From Longimicrobiales bacterium (GTDB lineage: Bacteria; Gemmatimonadota; Gemmatimonadetes; Longimicrobiales; Gaopeijiaceae): a stretch of 64,000 nt of DNA. The DNA lies in assembly GCA_965202805.1 (NCBI GenBank), contig OZ241869.1, forward strand, positions 1,568,001 to 1,632,000, written 5' to 3'. The notes beneath the pieces are model-generated. The model had not been told where the DNA came from and made no database searches. It saw nothing but the letters and a program-made list of their open reading frames with translations. Every line of letters starts with the position of its first letter. The first letter of the stretch is position 1. Position numbers and translations under genes: made by a program. Positions 29,404 to 39,541 of the stretch are shown here, piece by piece.

Positions 29404-31106
29404 CGGGCGCGCTATGCCTGACGGGATGCGCCGGTGATGAAAGCGGGTACGATGTGCTCATCCGTGGAGGCACGGTCTACGACGGCTCGGGCTCGCCCCC
29501 GGTGGTGACCGACGTAGGCATCCGCGGAGACCGCATCGCCGCGCTGGGCGACCTTTCCGGCGCCGAGGCCCCGCAGGTGCTCGATGCCTCCGGCATGGCG
29601 GTGTCCCCGGGCTTCATCAACATGCTCAGCTGGGCCAACGAATCGCTCATCGTGGACGGCCGCTCGCTCGGCGACATCCGCCAGGGGGTGACGCTGGAAG
29701 TCCTCGGCGAAGGCACATCGATGGGACCGGCGACCGGCGGCATGAAGGCGGACTTCCTCGGTGACTTCGTGTCCTGGCTGGGCGGGACGGAAGCCGCCGC
29801 GCGCGCCCTGGGCCTGCCGCCGGATGCGCCGCTGGAAGTGCCGTGGACGACGCTCGGCGAATACCTGAGCTTCCTCGAGCGCAAGGGCGTCGCCACCAAC
29901 GTGGCCTCCTTCATCGGCGCCACCACCGTGCGCATCCACGAGATCGGCTACGAGGACCGCCCCCCGACCGCGGACGAGCTGGAGCGCATGCGCGCTCTCG
30001 TGCGCACCGCCATGGAGGAAGGCGCCGTGGGGGTGAGTTCGGCGCTCATCTACACCCCCGGCTTCTTCGCCGACACCGACGAGCTGATCGCGCTCTCCGA
30101 GGTCGCCGCCGAGTACGACGGGATGTACATCTCGCACCTGCGCAGCGAGGGCGCGCGGCTGCTGGAATCGGTCGAGGAGCTCATCACCATCGCGCGCGAG
30201 GCCGGCATCCGCGCCGAGATCTACCATCTGAAGGCGGCCGGGCGCGAGAACTGGCACAAGTTGGAGGACGTGATCGCGCGCGTGGAACAGGTCCGCGCCG
30301 AGGGGCTCGGCATTACCGCCGACATGTACACCTACACCGCCGGCTCCACCGGGCTCGACGCCGCCATGCCGCCCTGGGTGCAGGAGGGCGGCTACGACGC
30401 CTGGGCGGAGCGCATCCGGGATCCGGAGATCCGCGCGCGCGTCGTGGAAGAGATGCGCACACCGACCGACGAGTGGGAGAACCTCCTGCTGGCATCCGGC
30501 CCCGAGGGGGCGCTGCTGGTCGGGTTCCGCAACGAGGAGCTGCGCCGCTACCAGGGCATGACCCTGGCCGAGGTGGCCGAGGAGCGCGGCACGCCGCCCG
30601 AGGAGACCGCCATCGACCTCGTGATCGAGGACGGCACCCGGGTGCAGGTCGTCTACTTCCTCATGTCCGAGGAGAACGTGCGCCGCCAGATCGCGCTGCC
30701 CTGGGTCTCCTTCGACTCCGACGCCGCGTCCATGGCCCCGGAAGGCATCTTCCTGCAGAACAGCACCCATCCGCGCGCGTACGGCAACTTCGCCCGCCTG
30801 CTGGGCAGGTACGTGCGCGAGGAAGGGGTCATCCCGCTGGAAGAGGCGGTGCGCAAGCTGACTTCGCTCCCTGCGGCCAACCTGCGCATCTCCGACCGCG
30901 GGCGGCTCGCGGAAGGCTATTTCGCGGATGTCGTGGTGTTCGATCCGGCCACCATCATCGACCACGCCACCTACCAGGACGCCCACCAGCTCGCCACCGG
31001 GGTGACGCACGTGTTCGTCAACGGCGTGATGGTGCTTGAGGACTCCGAACCCACCGGCGCGATGTCCGGCCGTTTCGTGCGCGGGCCGGGCTGGACCGGC
31101 CGTTAG
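29373..31106 (+). CDS. N-acyl-D-amino-acid deacylase family lipoprotein (start 29373 or 29310)
   Basis: Lipobox LCLTGC, YDVLIRGGTVYDGSG, PGFIN, SHLRSEG, HPRAYGNF. Confidence 0.92.
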   Translation: MYPRWIAALCAGALCLTGCAGDESGYDVLIRGGTVYDGSGSPPVVTDVGIRGDRIAALGDLSGAEAPQVLDASGMAVSPGFINMLSWANESLIVDGRSLGDIRQGVTLEVLGEGTSMGPATGGMKADFLGDFVSWLGGTEAAARALGLPPDAPLEVPWTTLGEYLSFLERKGVATNVASFIGATTVRIHEIGYEDRPPTADELERMRALVRTAMEEGAVGVSSALIYTPGFFADTDELIALSEVAAEYDGMYISHLRSEGARLLESVEELITIAREAGIRAEIYHLKAAGRENWHKLEDVIARVEQVRAEGLGITADMYTYTAGSTGLDAAMPPWVQEGGYDAWAERIRDPEIRARVVEEMRTPTDEWENLLLASGPEGALLVGFRNEELRRYQGMTLAEVAEERGTPPEETAIDLVIEDGTRVQVVYFLMSEENVRRQIALPWVSFDSDAASMAPEGIFLQNSTHPRAYGNFARLLGRYVREEGVIPLEEAVRKLTSLPAANLRISDRGRLAEGYFADVVVFDPATIIDHATYQDAHQLATGVTHVFVNGVMVLEDSEPTGAMSGRFVRGPGWTGR

Positions 31107-31115
31107 ACAGGGATG

Positions 31116-31151
31116 GACTAAGTCGGGTGGACTTAGTCTGACCGCGGGTCA
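31116..31151. terminator. Twin hairpins between convergent genes
   Basis: GACTAAGTC-gggtg-GACTTAGTC followed by TGACC-gcg-GGTCA. Confidence 0.5.
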
Positions 31152-31958
31152 GTCTGGAACGAACGCCACGATGCGCAGCGGCCCTCCGCTGCCCCCCACG
31201 ATCTTCATGGGCAGCGCCACGACGAAGGCGCCCCACTCGGGAAGCTCCGGGAGGGAAGCCACGTTCTCATAGCCCGGGATGTTCTCCCAGTAGAGGATGC
31301 GGTGCGTCTCGAAGGCGCTCGACTGCCCGTAGTCGAGGCTGGGCGTGTCGAGGCCCAGCGCCGCAATGTCGCGGTTTTCGACCAGCCACTGCGCCGCCTC
31401 CGGGTCCAGTCCCGGGAAGTGGAGCTCCGGAATCGCCTCCTCGCCTCGCAGGCCAGTCCCCAGGTAGCGGACGGGGTCCGGCCAGCGGTCGGCCCAGCCG
31501 GTATCGAGCAGGACGGTCGTCCCCGCCGGGATGGGACCATGGCGCGCCTCCCACGCGGCGATCGCCTCCACCCCCACCTGGTGGTCCGGGTTGTCACCCG
31601 CCGGGTCGCGGATGACGGCCGCCGGCCCGATCAGGGCGGAAAGAGGGATCTGCGCGGTTGATATCCTCCCCTCGGCGAAGTGGATGGGAGCGTCGACATG
31701 GGTGCCGCCGTGTTCGGACGACGCGAAGTTGAAGGCGGCGTAGAAGTACCCGCCCTCGGTCATGCCGTAGGCGACCGTGTCCAGCACGAACGGATCCGCG
31801 GTGGGCCAGAAGACGGCGTCGGCGGATACGTCGTGGGTCAGGTCGAGCCACCTGCCGCCGGAGCCGTCGAATACCGCCGCATGGTCCGGGGTCGCCGGCG
31901 CGCATCCCGAAGCCAGCGCGAGCGCGATGATGATGTGAAGTCCGGTCGTTCGTTTCAT
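31149..31958 (-). CDS. Cyclase family (kynurenine formamidase-like) lipoprotein
   Basis: EHGGTHVDAPIHF, GLDTPSLD, GSGGPLR; lipobox LASGC; GGAGGAGG RBS. Confidence 0.92.
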   Translation of the reverse strand: MKRTTGLHIIIALALASGCAPATPDHAAVFDGSGGRWLDLTHDVSADAVFWPTADPFVLDTVAYGMTEGGYFYAAFNFASSEHGGTHVDAPIHFAEGRISTAQIPLSALIGPAAVIRDPAGDNPDHQVGVEAIAAWEARHGPIPAGTTVLLDTGWADRWPDPVRYLGTGLRGEEAIPELHFPGLDPEAAQWLVENRDIAALGLDTPSLDYGQSSAFETHRILYWENIPGYENVASLPELPEWGAFVVALPMKIVGGSGGPLRIVAFVPD

Positions 31959-32194
31959 GAAAACCTCCTCCCACGACGCGCAATGAGGGCCGCCATGTCT
32001 TCGTTGCCGTGGCTCAGGGCCGGAGGGCCCCGATAACCTGATTTGCGCGGGCCTGATGCTCTGATAATAGCGACGACGCGCATGCTCCGGCACCAGCCGA
32101 TTCGTCCAATCCCGACCGCACACAGGCTGGCGCGGTCCGGGGCGTCGCTCCATCATCCATGGCGTTGCCCCAACAGGCCCCGGAGGAACGCCCC

Positions 32195-34033
32195 ATGCCT
32201 CGGTCCGAACACCAGATTGCCCTGATCGCTCTCGCGCTCACTCCGTGGCTGACGACCGCTTGCGGCCCCGCCGACCCCTCGGGCATGCAGGCGGACATGA
32301 ACGCGGATCTGCTGGCAGCCGCGGTGCGCACGCACATCTCCGCGGCCTCGCTGGAGCCTCATGCGCGCGCGATCGTGGAGCACGACCGCCTGTCGGGGAG
32401 CGAGGGCGAGAACGCGGCGATCGACTACGTCGTCGAGACGCTCGAGGCGGCCGGCGTACCGGTGGAGGTGCACGCCTTCGAGACCTACGTCTCCGATCCG
32501 ATCTCGGCATCGGTGTCCGTGCCCGACGGCCCCGCCTTCAGCGCCATCACGTCGTCGTTCTCCGCAACGGTGGGCTCGTTGCGCGCGCCGCTGGTCGACC
32601 TGGGTGCGCCCGCCAATCTGCCTCCCGTCGAGGTCGGCACGGGCGAGCGCATCGTGCTCGCCGGGGAAGGAATGGACGGAGCCGGCGCGCGCGACCTTCC
32701 CGACGTCGCTGGGGCCATCGTGCTCCTGGACGGGCAGCCGAGGAACATCCCGGTCGTCGTTCTGGACCGGCTGGGTGCCGTCGGGGTCATCTTCGTGCAC
32801 CCCGAAGAGCGGGTGAACGACCTCATCGTCACCTCGACCTGGGGCACGCCTTCGCTGCTCAACTACCACCGCCTGCCCGACATGCCCGTTGCACACGTCG
32901 CGCGCAGCGCGGGAGAGCGACTTCGGGCATTGCTCGCCCGCGGCCCGCTCGAGGTCGAGCTTTCGGCACGCGCCGACACCGGATGGAAGGAGCTTCGGCT
33001 CGCCATCGCCCGCATCCCCGGACCCGAACCGGAGAGCCCCTACGTCCTGTTCGGCGGGCACATCGACGGATGGTATCACGCGGCGACCGACGAAGGGGCG
33101 TCGAACGCGGCGATGCTCGACCTGGCCCTCGCCTTCCACGCCGAGCGGGAGCGCATGCGGCGCGGCCTGGTGGTGGCCTGGTGGCCGGGCCACTCGAACG
33201 CGCGCTATGGTGGATCGACCTGGTTCGCCGACCACTTCTTCGAGGAGCTGCGCTCGCGCGCGGTGGCCCATGTGAACGTGGATGGCATCGGACAGATGGG
33301 CGCGCGCCTGTTCGCAGCCGCGACGACCGCCTCGCTGGGCGAGGTCGCGCGCTTCGCCATGCAGCGCGGCGAGGACGCCAACATCCAGCCCACCCGGCCG
33401 GCCCGCAACTCCGACCAGTCGTTCAACGGAGTCGGGCTGCCGCTCCTGCAGCTCTACCGCAACCGCGCGCAGGAGGACGGCGGCTACTGGTGGTGGCACA
33501 CTCCGGAGGACACGTTCGACAAGATCGACTTCGACATCCTGGAGGGCGACACCTACCTGTACGCGATCGCGCTCTCGGCGCTGCTCGGACGGGAAGTGCT
33601 GCCGTTGGACCTGGTGGGTCAGGTCGAGGCTCTGGGCGCGGCCATCACCGCTCGCTCCGAAGCGGGCAGCGGTCAGTTCGATCTCTCACAGGCCTCCGAG
33701 GCCCAGGGCGAACTTCTCGCGCTGGCGGGCCGGCTGCAGGCGGCGCTCCCGCGCGCGACCGGCTCGCCGGAGCTCGACATGGCGCTCGTGGACGTGCTGC
33801 GGCCAATGCACCGGGTCCTCTACGTGCCCAAGACCCCGCACCACCCGGACGCGGGCGCGGTCCCCGGCCCCCTTCCCGGCCTCGCTCCGACCCGGATCCT
33901 CGTTGCGGCGGCGTCCGGCAGCGAGCGCTACCGCCTCGCCATGGCCACCCTGGTGCGCGAGCGGAACCGGCTGCTGGAGGCGATCGCCGAATCGAACCGC
34001 CGGGCCGCCGCCCTGCTCGCGTCGCTGGACTGA
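32195..34033 (+). CDS. M28 peptidase-family lipoprotein with a PA domain
   Basis: Lipobox LTTAC, DRLSGSEGE, GHIDGW...ATD, VNVDG, WWHTPEDT. Confidence 0.88.
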   Translation: MPRSEHQIALIALALTPWLTTACGPADPSGMQADMNADLLAAAVRTHISAASLEPHARAIVEHDRLSGSEGENAAIDYVVETLEAAGVPVEVHAFETYVSDPISASVSVPDGPAFSAITSSFSATVGSLRAPLVDLGAPANLPPVEVGTGERIVLAGEGMDGAGARDLPDVAGAIVLLDGQPRNIPVVVLDRLGAVGVIFVHPEERVNDLIVTSTWGTPSLLNYHRLPDMPVAHVARSAGERLRALLARGPLEVELSARADTGWKELRLAIARIPGPEPESPYVLFGGHIDGWYHAATDEGASNAAMLDLALAFHAERERMRRGLVVAWWPGHSNARYGGSTWFADHFFEELRSRAVAHVNVDGIGQMGARLFAAATTASLGEVARFAMQRGEDANIQPTRPARNSDQSFNGVGLPLLQLYRNRAQEDGGYWWWHTPEDTFDKIDFDILEGDTYLYAIALSALLGREVLPLDLVGQVEALGAAITARSEAGSGQFDLSQASEAQGELLALAGRLQAALPRATGSPELDMALVDVLRPMHRVLYVPKTPHHPDAGAVPGPLPGLAPTRILVAAASGSERYRLAMATLVRERNRLLEAIAESNRRAAALLASLD

Positions 34034-34056
34034 CCTCCGCCTCATTCGCGTCTCCC

Positions 34057-34887
34057 CGGGACGGCCAGCTCGGCGCCCTGGAGGGCCGCGCCTGGGATGC
34101 GGTGATCGACAACAGCGGCTACGTACCGCGCCACGTGCGCGACTCGGCGGAGCTCCTGCGCGACTCGGTGGGCCGATACCTCTTCACCTCGACCGGATCG
34201 GTATACAGCTTCGACCAGGACGAGCTCACCGAAGATTCGGAGCTCCTCCCCATCGAGGATCCGGAAAGCGAAGACGTCGACCGCTACTACGGACCTCTCA
34301 AGATCCTCTGTGAGAACGCGGTCACCGACGTGTTCCGGGAACGCGGCACCGTGCTGCGGCTCCATGTCGTGGCGGGGCCCGGCGACACCACCGACCGCTT
34401 TACCTACTGGCCCGTGCGCATCGACCACGGCGGTGAGATCATTGCGCCGGGGAGCCGGCACACGCCTGTCCAGTACATCGATGTGCGCGATCTGGCCGAG
34501 TTCATGATCCTGTGCCTTGAGCGCGACATCGGCGGCACCTTCAACACCGCCGGTCCGGCCCTCGCTCCGACCTCGATGGCCGAGTTCGTCTACGGCATCC
34601 GCGCGATTACCAGCACGCCGCTGTCCTTCACCTGGATCGATGAGCCCTTCCTCGCCGACCGGCAGGCGCGGTTCCCGCTCTGGTATCCGCCCACGGAGGG
34701 GGCCGTGCGAGGGCTCTCGCGCGTCAGGTCCCACAAGGCCGTCGCAAAGGGGCTGAAGTTCCGCCCCATCGCGGTCACGGCTCTCGACACGCTGGAGTGG
34801 TTCAGGACGGTTCCCGAGGAACGGCGCAACCAGTTGCAACTGAACCTGGAGCGCGACCGGCAGCTCCTGGAGGAGTGGAGGGCGTAG
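34057..34887 (+). pseudogene. 5'-truncated NAD-dependent epimerase/dehydratase (extended SDR)
   Basis: Homology starts at RDGQLGALEGRAWDAVIDNSGY and includes YGPLK, DRFTYWP, QYIDVRDLAE. There is no GGxGxxG motif and no start codon between the M28 stop and the start of homology. Confidence 0.75.
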
Positions 34888-34893
34888 GGGCGC

Positions 34894-36012
34894 CTACACC
34901 CGGAAGAGCACCGACTCGCGCCCGTAGAGCCGAATCGAGCACCAGGTCAGGAGCGCGAAGCCCAGGGCGTTCACGCCGCCCAGAAGCGCCAGCGCCAGCC
35001 AGTCGATCTGCCCCTGGATGGCCTCGCGCATCGCCAGCGCGTTGCCCAGGATGGGGACCGCGTACACCGAAGCCCCGAAGGAGCCCGGCGCGAGCGCGAA
35101 AATGGCCAGGAAGACGGACAGAAACACGAGCGGCGCGGTGTACATGCCCGCCTCGCGCTGCGAGCGCGCCCAGGTGCCGATCACCATGACCAGCGCCGAC
35201 ACCAGCAGGGCGAGCGCGGCCAGGTTCAGGGCCAGCGCCACCACCTGCGCGGGCGCCAGCGACAGCGCGCCCGGCCCGGCGAAGTCCTCGGGCGCCAGCC
35301 CCAGCCGTGCCGCCAGCATCATCCCGACGATCAGGAGGAGCGACGCCGCCACCGCGAAGGTCATGATGGCCAGGCTCTTTCCGATCACGATCGCGGGACG
35401 CGGCACGGTCGACACCAGCAGCGCCGCGAGGGTGTTCTTCTCCTTCTCCCCGACCGCGATGTAGAGCGCGCGGGCCGCGTTCGTGACCAGCAGAATCACC
35501 GCCATGTAGGGAATCAGCAGGCTGAGCGCTCCCCCCAGGCCGCCAGAGGTATCGATCAGCACGACCTCGAAGGGTCGCAGATCGCGCATGCGCAGCCCCC
35601 GCTCCGCGAGCCGGTCCTCGACGGCCCGCTGCTGGACCGCCTGCAGATCCTGGCGCAACGACGTCGCCGCCGCCCAGACCGCGTTCTCGGCGGACGCCGC
35701 CCGGATCCGGTACGCGCCATCCTCGCGAAGCACGCTCACCCAGGCTTCGCCGCCGTCCGCCACCTCTTCGAGCGTCGCGATGCGGACGAGCGGATTGGCG
35801 TCGAGCAGCCGGCGCAGGATGTCGTCGGCCCCCGGGGCGACCACGGGCACCGGCCCGGAATCATCCCCCGCGAGCCGGTCGAGGTTGCTGGCCAGGCCCA
35901 TCAGCAGGGGGAAGAAGATCAGCGCGCTCACCACCATGCCTCCGATGAGCCGGGCGTCACGCCTCAGGACCCGCATCTCCTTGCCGTAGATCAGCAGCGC
36001 CTTGCGAATCAT
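34894..36012 (-). CDS. ABC transporter permease, NatB-like
   Basis: KEMRVLRRD, VGEKEKNTLAALL, IVIGK; ATGA overlap with the ATPase gene. Confidence 0.88.
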   Translation of the reverse strand: MIRKALLIYGKEMRVLRRDARLIGGMVVSALIFFPLLMGLASNLDRLAGDDSGPVPVVAPGADDILRRLLDANPLVRIATLEEVADGGEAWVSVLREDGAYRIRAASAENAVWAAATSLRQDLQAVQQRAVEDRLAERGLRMRDLRPFEVVLIDTSGGLGGALSLLIPYMAVILLVTNAARALYIAVGEKEKNTLAALLVSTVPRPAIVIGKSLAIMTFAVAASLLLIVGMMLAARLGLAPEDFAGPGALSLAPAQVVALALNLAALALLVSALVMVIGTWARSQREAGMYTAPLVFLSVFLAIFALAPGSFGASVYAVPILGNALAMREAIQGQIDWLALALLGGVNALGFALLTWCSIRLYGRESVLFRV

Positions 36013-36761
36013 CCGCCGCGCGCTTCCTCTTCCGCCCCCACGAGGGAGAAGAAGATGTCTTCGAGGTCCCCGAGTCCGGTAGCGGCTCTCAGCGATTCGA
36101 GGGTGCCCTCGGACCTGAGCCTTCCGCGGTGGATGATGCCGATGCGGTCGGCGAGCTTCTCCGCTTCCCACAGGATGTGGGTCGAGAACAGGACCGTCTT
36201 GCCCTCCTCCTTCAGCAGGCGGATGTAGTCGATCACCTTCCTGGCGGTGAGGACGTCGAGCCCGGAGGTGGGCTCGTCCCAGATGAGGATGAGCGGGTTG
36301 GTCACCAGCGCGCGCATGAGCACGGTCTTCTGCTTCATCCCGGTCGAGAACACGTCGGTGCGCTCGTCGGCGAACCCGGTCATGTCCAGCAGATCGAAGA
36401 TGTAGGCGAGATTGTCCTCGATGGCGGCCGGGGTCATGTCGTTCAGGCGGCCGAAGAAGTGACCGATCTCGCGCGGCGTAAGGCGCTCGTAGACCCGGGT
36501 CTCGTACGACACGAAGCCGATCAGCGCGCGGATGGCGGCCTTTTCGGCTCGCACCGGGTGTCCCTGCACCCAGGCCTCGCCCGAGGTCGGGTCCATCAGG
36601 GTGCTCAGGATGCGCAGGACGGTGGTCTTCCCCGCCCCGTTGGGTCCCAGCAGCGCGTAGATCTCGCCCGCGTCGCAGTTGAGATCCAGGCGATCCACCG
36701 CCCGCACCCGGTTTCCCCCGCGCGAGCGGAATTCCTTGCTGAGCGCTTCGGTGCGGATCAT
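36009..36761 (-). CDS. ABC transporter ATP-binding protein, NatA-like
   Basis: GPNGAGKT, FSTGMKQK, DEPTSGLD, STH. Confidence 0.93.
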   Translation of the reverse strand: MIRTEALSKEFRSRGGNRVRAVDRLDLNCDAGEIYALLGPNGAGKTTVLRILSTLMDPTSGEAWVQGHPVRAEKAAIRALIGFVSYETRVYERLTPREIGHFFGRLNDMTPAAIEDNLAYIFDLLDMTGFADERTDVFSTGMKQKTVLMRALVTNPLILIWDEPTSGLDVLTARKVIDYIRLLKEEGKTVLFSTHILWEAEKLADRIGIIHRGRLRSEGTLESLRAATGLGDLEDIFFSLVGAEEEARGG

Positions 36762-36897
36762 GTGGTTCTCTTCACCGGTTCCTGTCGCGTCCCCGATACG
36801 TTTCCGGTCACTGTCGACCCTGCCTGCCCTTGATCGGAGACGCGGCGGGTCGTCACTATTCAGGGGAAGTCCGCGGGAGAGGACCCGGAGAAGCTAT

Positions 36898-38088
36898 ATG
36901 CGCACATGGCTTTCCGCGATATTGCTCGCCGCGCTGGCGTGCGATGGCGGCACCTCGCCCACCCCGCCCGCCCGGGTCATCGTATCCCCGGGCGCGAAGC
37001 TGCTGGTGGAGGCGGGCGCGACCTTTCGCTTCGAAGCCCGGGTGACCGACGCCCAGGGCGCGGCCATCCCCGGCGCGGAGGTGGCCTGGTCGGTCGCCGA
37101 CGCTTCCGTCGCGACGGTCGACGTCACGGGACAGGCCACGGCGGTCGCCACGGGCAGCACGGAGGTCCTCGCCGCGGCCGGCGACGTGTCCGGCACGGCC
37201 ACCCTGGAAGTGTACGTCCCCGCGCCGGTCGCCGAGTACATGCCCGGCCTGACCTATTTCGGCCGCAACCGGTACGTCGAGTACATCGCCGGCGACCTGC
37301 CGCTGGTGCTGAGCGCCGGGCACGGCGGCGGGGAGGAGCCGGACGAGATTCCCCGCCGCACCTACGGGACCCTCGCGCGGGATTCGTGGACGCAGGAGAC
37401 GGCCCGGGCGGTCCGCGACTCGATCATCGCGTACTTCGGGGGCGGCCAGCCGCACGTCGTCATCAGCCGGCTCCGGCGCACGCGCCTGGATCCGAACAGG
37501 GAGATCGTGGAAGCCGCCCAGGGGAGCGAGTTTGCAGAGCAGGCCTGGCGCGAATACCACACCTTCATTCAGGTGGCTCGCGAGCGGGTCGCGGAGGACC
37601 ATGGACGGGGCTTCTACGTGGACCTGCACGGCCACTCGCATCCCACCCCGCGGGTCGAGCTGGGATACCTGCTCACCGGAAACGACCTGAGCCGCTCCGA
37701 CACCGGGTTGAACGCCCCGCGCTTCCCGGAGCAGTCCAGCATCCGCTCCCTCGCCCGCCGGGTCCATCTCTCCTTTGCCGACATCGTGCGCGGTCCCGAG
37801 AGCCTGGGGGCGCTGCTCTTCGGAGAGAGGATCACTACGGTGCCCAGCCCGCTGATCCCCGATCCGGGCGGTGAGCCTTTCTTCAGCGGTGGCTACAGCA
37901 CGCGCCGTCACGGGTCACTGGACGGCGGGGTCATCGATGGGGTCCAGATCGAGTTGCACGGCCCGGGGATCCGCGATTCCGACCGGAACCGCCGGCGCTT
38001 CGCGGGCGCCCTGGCGCGGACGCTCAGGTCCTTCCTGGAGACCCATTACGGGTTCTCGTGGGAGCCGGGCACCGCCGCCGGACGCTGA
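36898..38088 (+). CDS. Lipoprotein: Big_2 Ig-like domain fused to an N-formylglutamate amidohydrolase-like domain
   Basis: LAALAC lipobox; VAWSVADASVATVD Ig repeat; SAGHGG, DPNRE, DLHGH, FSGGYST, VQIE. Confidence 0.85.
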   Translation: MRTWLSAILLAALACDGGTSPTPPARVIVSPGAKLLVEAGATFRFEARVTDAQGAAIPGAEVAWSVADASVATVDVTGQATAVATGSTEVLAAAGDVSGTATLEVYVPAPVAEYMPGLTYFGRNRYVEYIAGDLPLVLSAGHGGGEEPDEIPRRTYGTLARDSWTQETARAVRDSIIAYFGGGQPHVVISRLRRTRLDPNREIVEAAQGSEFAEQAWREYHTFIQVARERVAEDHGRGFYVDLHGHSHPTPRVELGYLLTGNDLSRSDTGLNAPRFPEQSSIRSLARRVHLSFADIVRGPESLGALLFGERITTVPSPLIPDPGGEPFFSGGYSTRRHGSLDGGVIDGVQIELHGPGIRDSDRNRRRFAGALARTLRSFLETHYGFSWEPGTAAGR

Positions 38089-38216
38089 CGCGAAAGGTCT
38101 TCTGGAGGGTCCGCTCGCCTTCCGAGCGGCGACGCGTCCGGGCCGCCAGAGTGGCGGAGGACCCTCTTTCGTCTGCCACATCAGGCCCAAAATGGCGGAC
38201 AACAGAGGGGTGCCAC

Positions 38217-38735
38217 CTAGACGGGCAGGCTCCAGTCCACGATCAGCGCGGTCATGATCGCCGTCACCCAGCCCATGATGACGTCCCCGGGATAGTGGAC
38301 GCCCAGGTAGGCGCGTGACACACCGATGGCCAGCCCGAGGCCGAGCACGATGAAGGCCGCCAGCGGAGGAAGCGCGAAGTAGAGCGGGATGGCGACCGCC
38401 AGCCCTGCGGTGGCGTGGCCCGAGGGGAAGCTGAAGCGGTCGGGGGGCTCCATGACGAACAGTTTCGTCGGCCGCAGCTTCGGCCGCGGCCGGTTGATGG
38501 TGCGCTTCATCAGTTGCACCAGCAGATGCGAGATCGTGAGCACCGCCAGGCACTTGAGCCCCACCCTGCGGAGCCCGGACGGGAAGCCGAAGCTGAGTGC
38601 CAGCGTGATGCCCACCATCGACGGCCAGTCACCGGCGTGCGTGATGCAGCGCATGAAGATGTCGAGCCACCGCCTCCGGCGAGCGGTGATCACGTCGAGC
38701 ATGCGCTCGTCGTATGCCCTCAGTGCTGTCATCAT
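38217..38735 (-). CDS. PAP2 family phosphatase
   Basis: KRTINRPRP, SFPSGH, SRAYLGVHYPGD. Confidence 0.94.
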   Translation of the reverse strand: MMTALRAYDERMLDVITARRRRWLDIFMRCITHAGDWPSMVGITLALSFGFPSGLRRVGLKCLAVLTISHLLVQLMKRTINRPRPKLRPTKLFVMEPPDRFSFPSGHATAGLAVAIPLYFALPPLAAFIVLGLGLAIGVSRAYLGVHYPGDVIMGWVTAIMTALIVDWSLPV

Positions 38736-38875
38736 GATTGGATTCCGCTCCTTGCGGCGTGCACGCCCGTGCCGACCCAAGTTAGCAGCTTCGACACCCG
38801 ACGTGCAGCAATTCGGAGATGTTTCGCGTGCACGAACGTTTGCCCACGCGAAGGCGATACCGTAGATCCCCGGAT

Positions 38876-39478
38876 ATGGATCCCGCCCTCGAGAAACTGG
38901 TGCAGGAGACGCGCGGCCTGCAGCCGTGGCGACGGGTGGTTCACGCCGCCTGCGGCCTGGGGCTCGTCGGCCTGATATGGCTGGACATCCTGGCGCCCCT
39001 GGCGCTCTCGGTGGGTCTCGGCGCGATCATTCTGGTGGCGGTCGGCACGGACGTTGTGCGCCTCCGGCGACCGGACCTCAACCGCAGGTTCTTCCGGGTG
39101 TTCCGCCACCTGGCCTCACCGCGGGAATCGCGCAGGTGGGCGTCGTCGACCTGGTACGTGATCGGGGCCGCCGCCGTGATGCTCGTGTTTCCGAGCGGGG
39201 TCTGGATCCCCAGCATCCTGGTGGTCGCGCTGGCGGATCCGTGCGCCAGCGTCTGCGGCCAGCTCTGGGGCCGTGCCGAGCCGGGGCAGCCTTCCCTGCT
39301 CGGGTCCGGGGTCTTCTGGGCGGTGGCGACGCTGTGCGTGTTGCCGTTCGTCGGACCGGGCCCGGCGGTGGTCGTCGGCCTGGTGGCGGCGGCGGCCGAG
39401 CGGGCGCCCATCCCGGTGGACGACAACGTGACGGTGGCGCTGGTCACCGCGGTCGCGCTCACCCTGCTCTCGGGATGA
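38876..39478 (+). CDS. CTP-dependent polyprenol/phytol/diacylglycerol kinase-like membrane protein
   Basis: RRVVH, LADPCASVCG, DDNVTV; multi-TM. Confidence 0.8.
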   Translation: MDPALEKLVQETRGLQPWRRVVHAACGLGLVGLIWLDILAPLALSVGLGAIILVAVGTDVVRLRRPDLNRRFFRVFRHLASPRESRRWASSTWYVIGAAAVMLVFPSGVWIPSILVVALADPCASVCGQLWGRAEPGQPSLLGSGVFWAVATLCVLPFVGPGPAVVVGLVAAAAERAPIPVDDNVTVALVTAVALTLLSG

Positions 39479-39541
39479 CGAGACTGCCTCGCCCTCCGCG
39501 CCCGCGGCCGACTCGCGCCGGTCGGTGCCGGTCAGAGCCGG

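Noticed and set aside
27660..31106. 1148-aa ORF as a fusion protein
   Set aside because: The N-terminal 550 aa are an off-frame shadow of actP; the real gene starts at 29310 or 29373.
32245..34056. 880-aa ORF providing an N-terminus to the epimerase
   Set aside because: The upstream portion is an off-frame shadow of the M28 gene with no SDR features.
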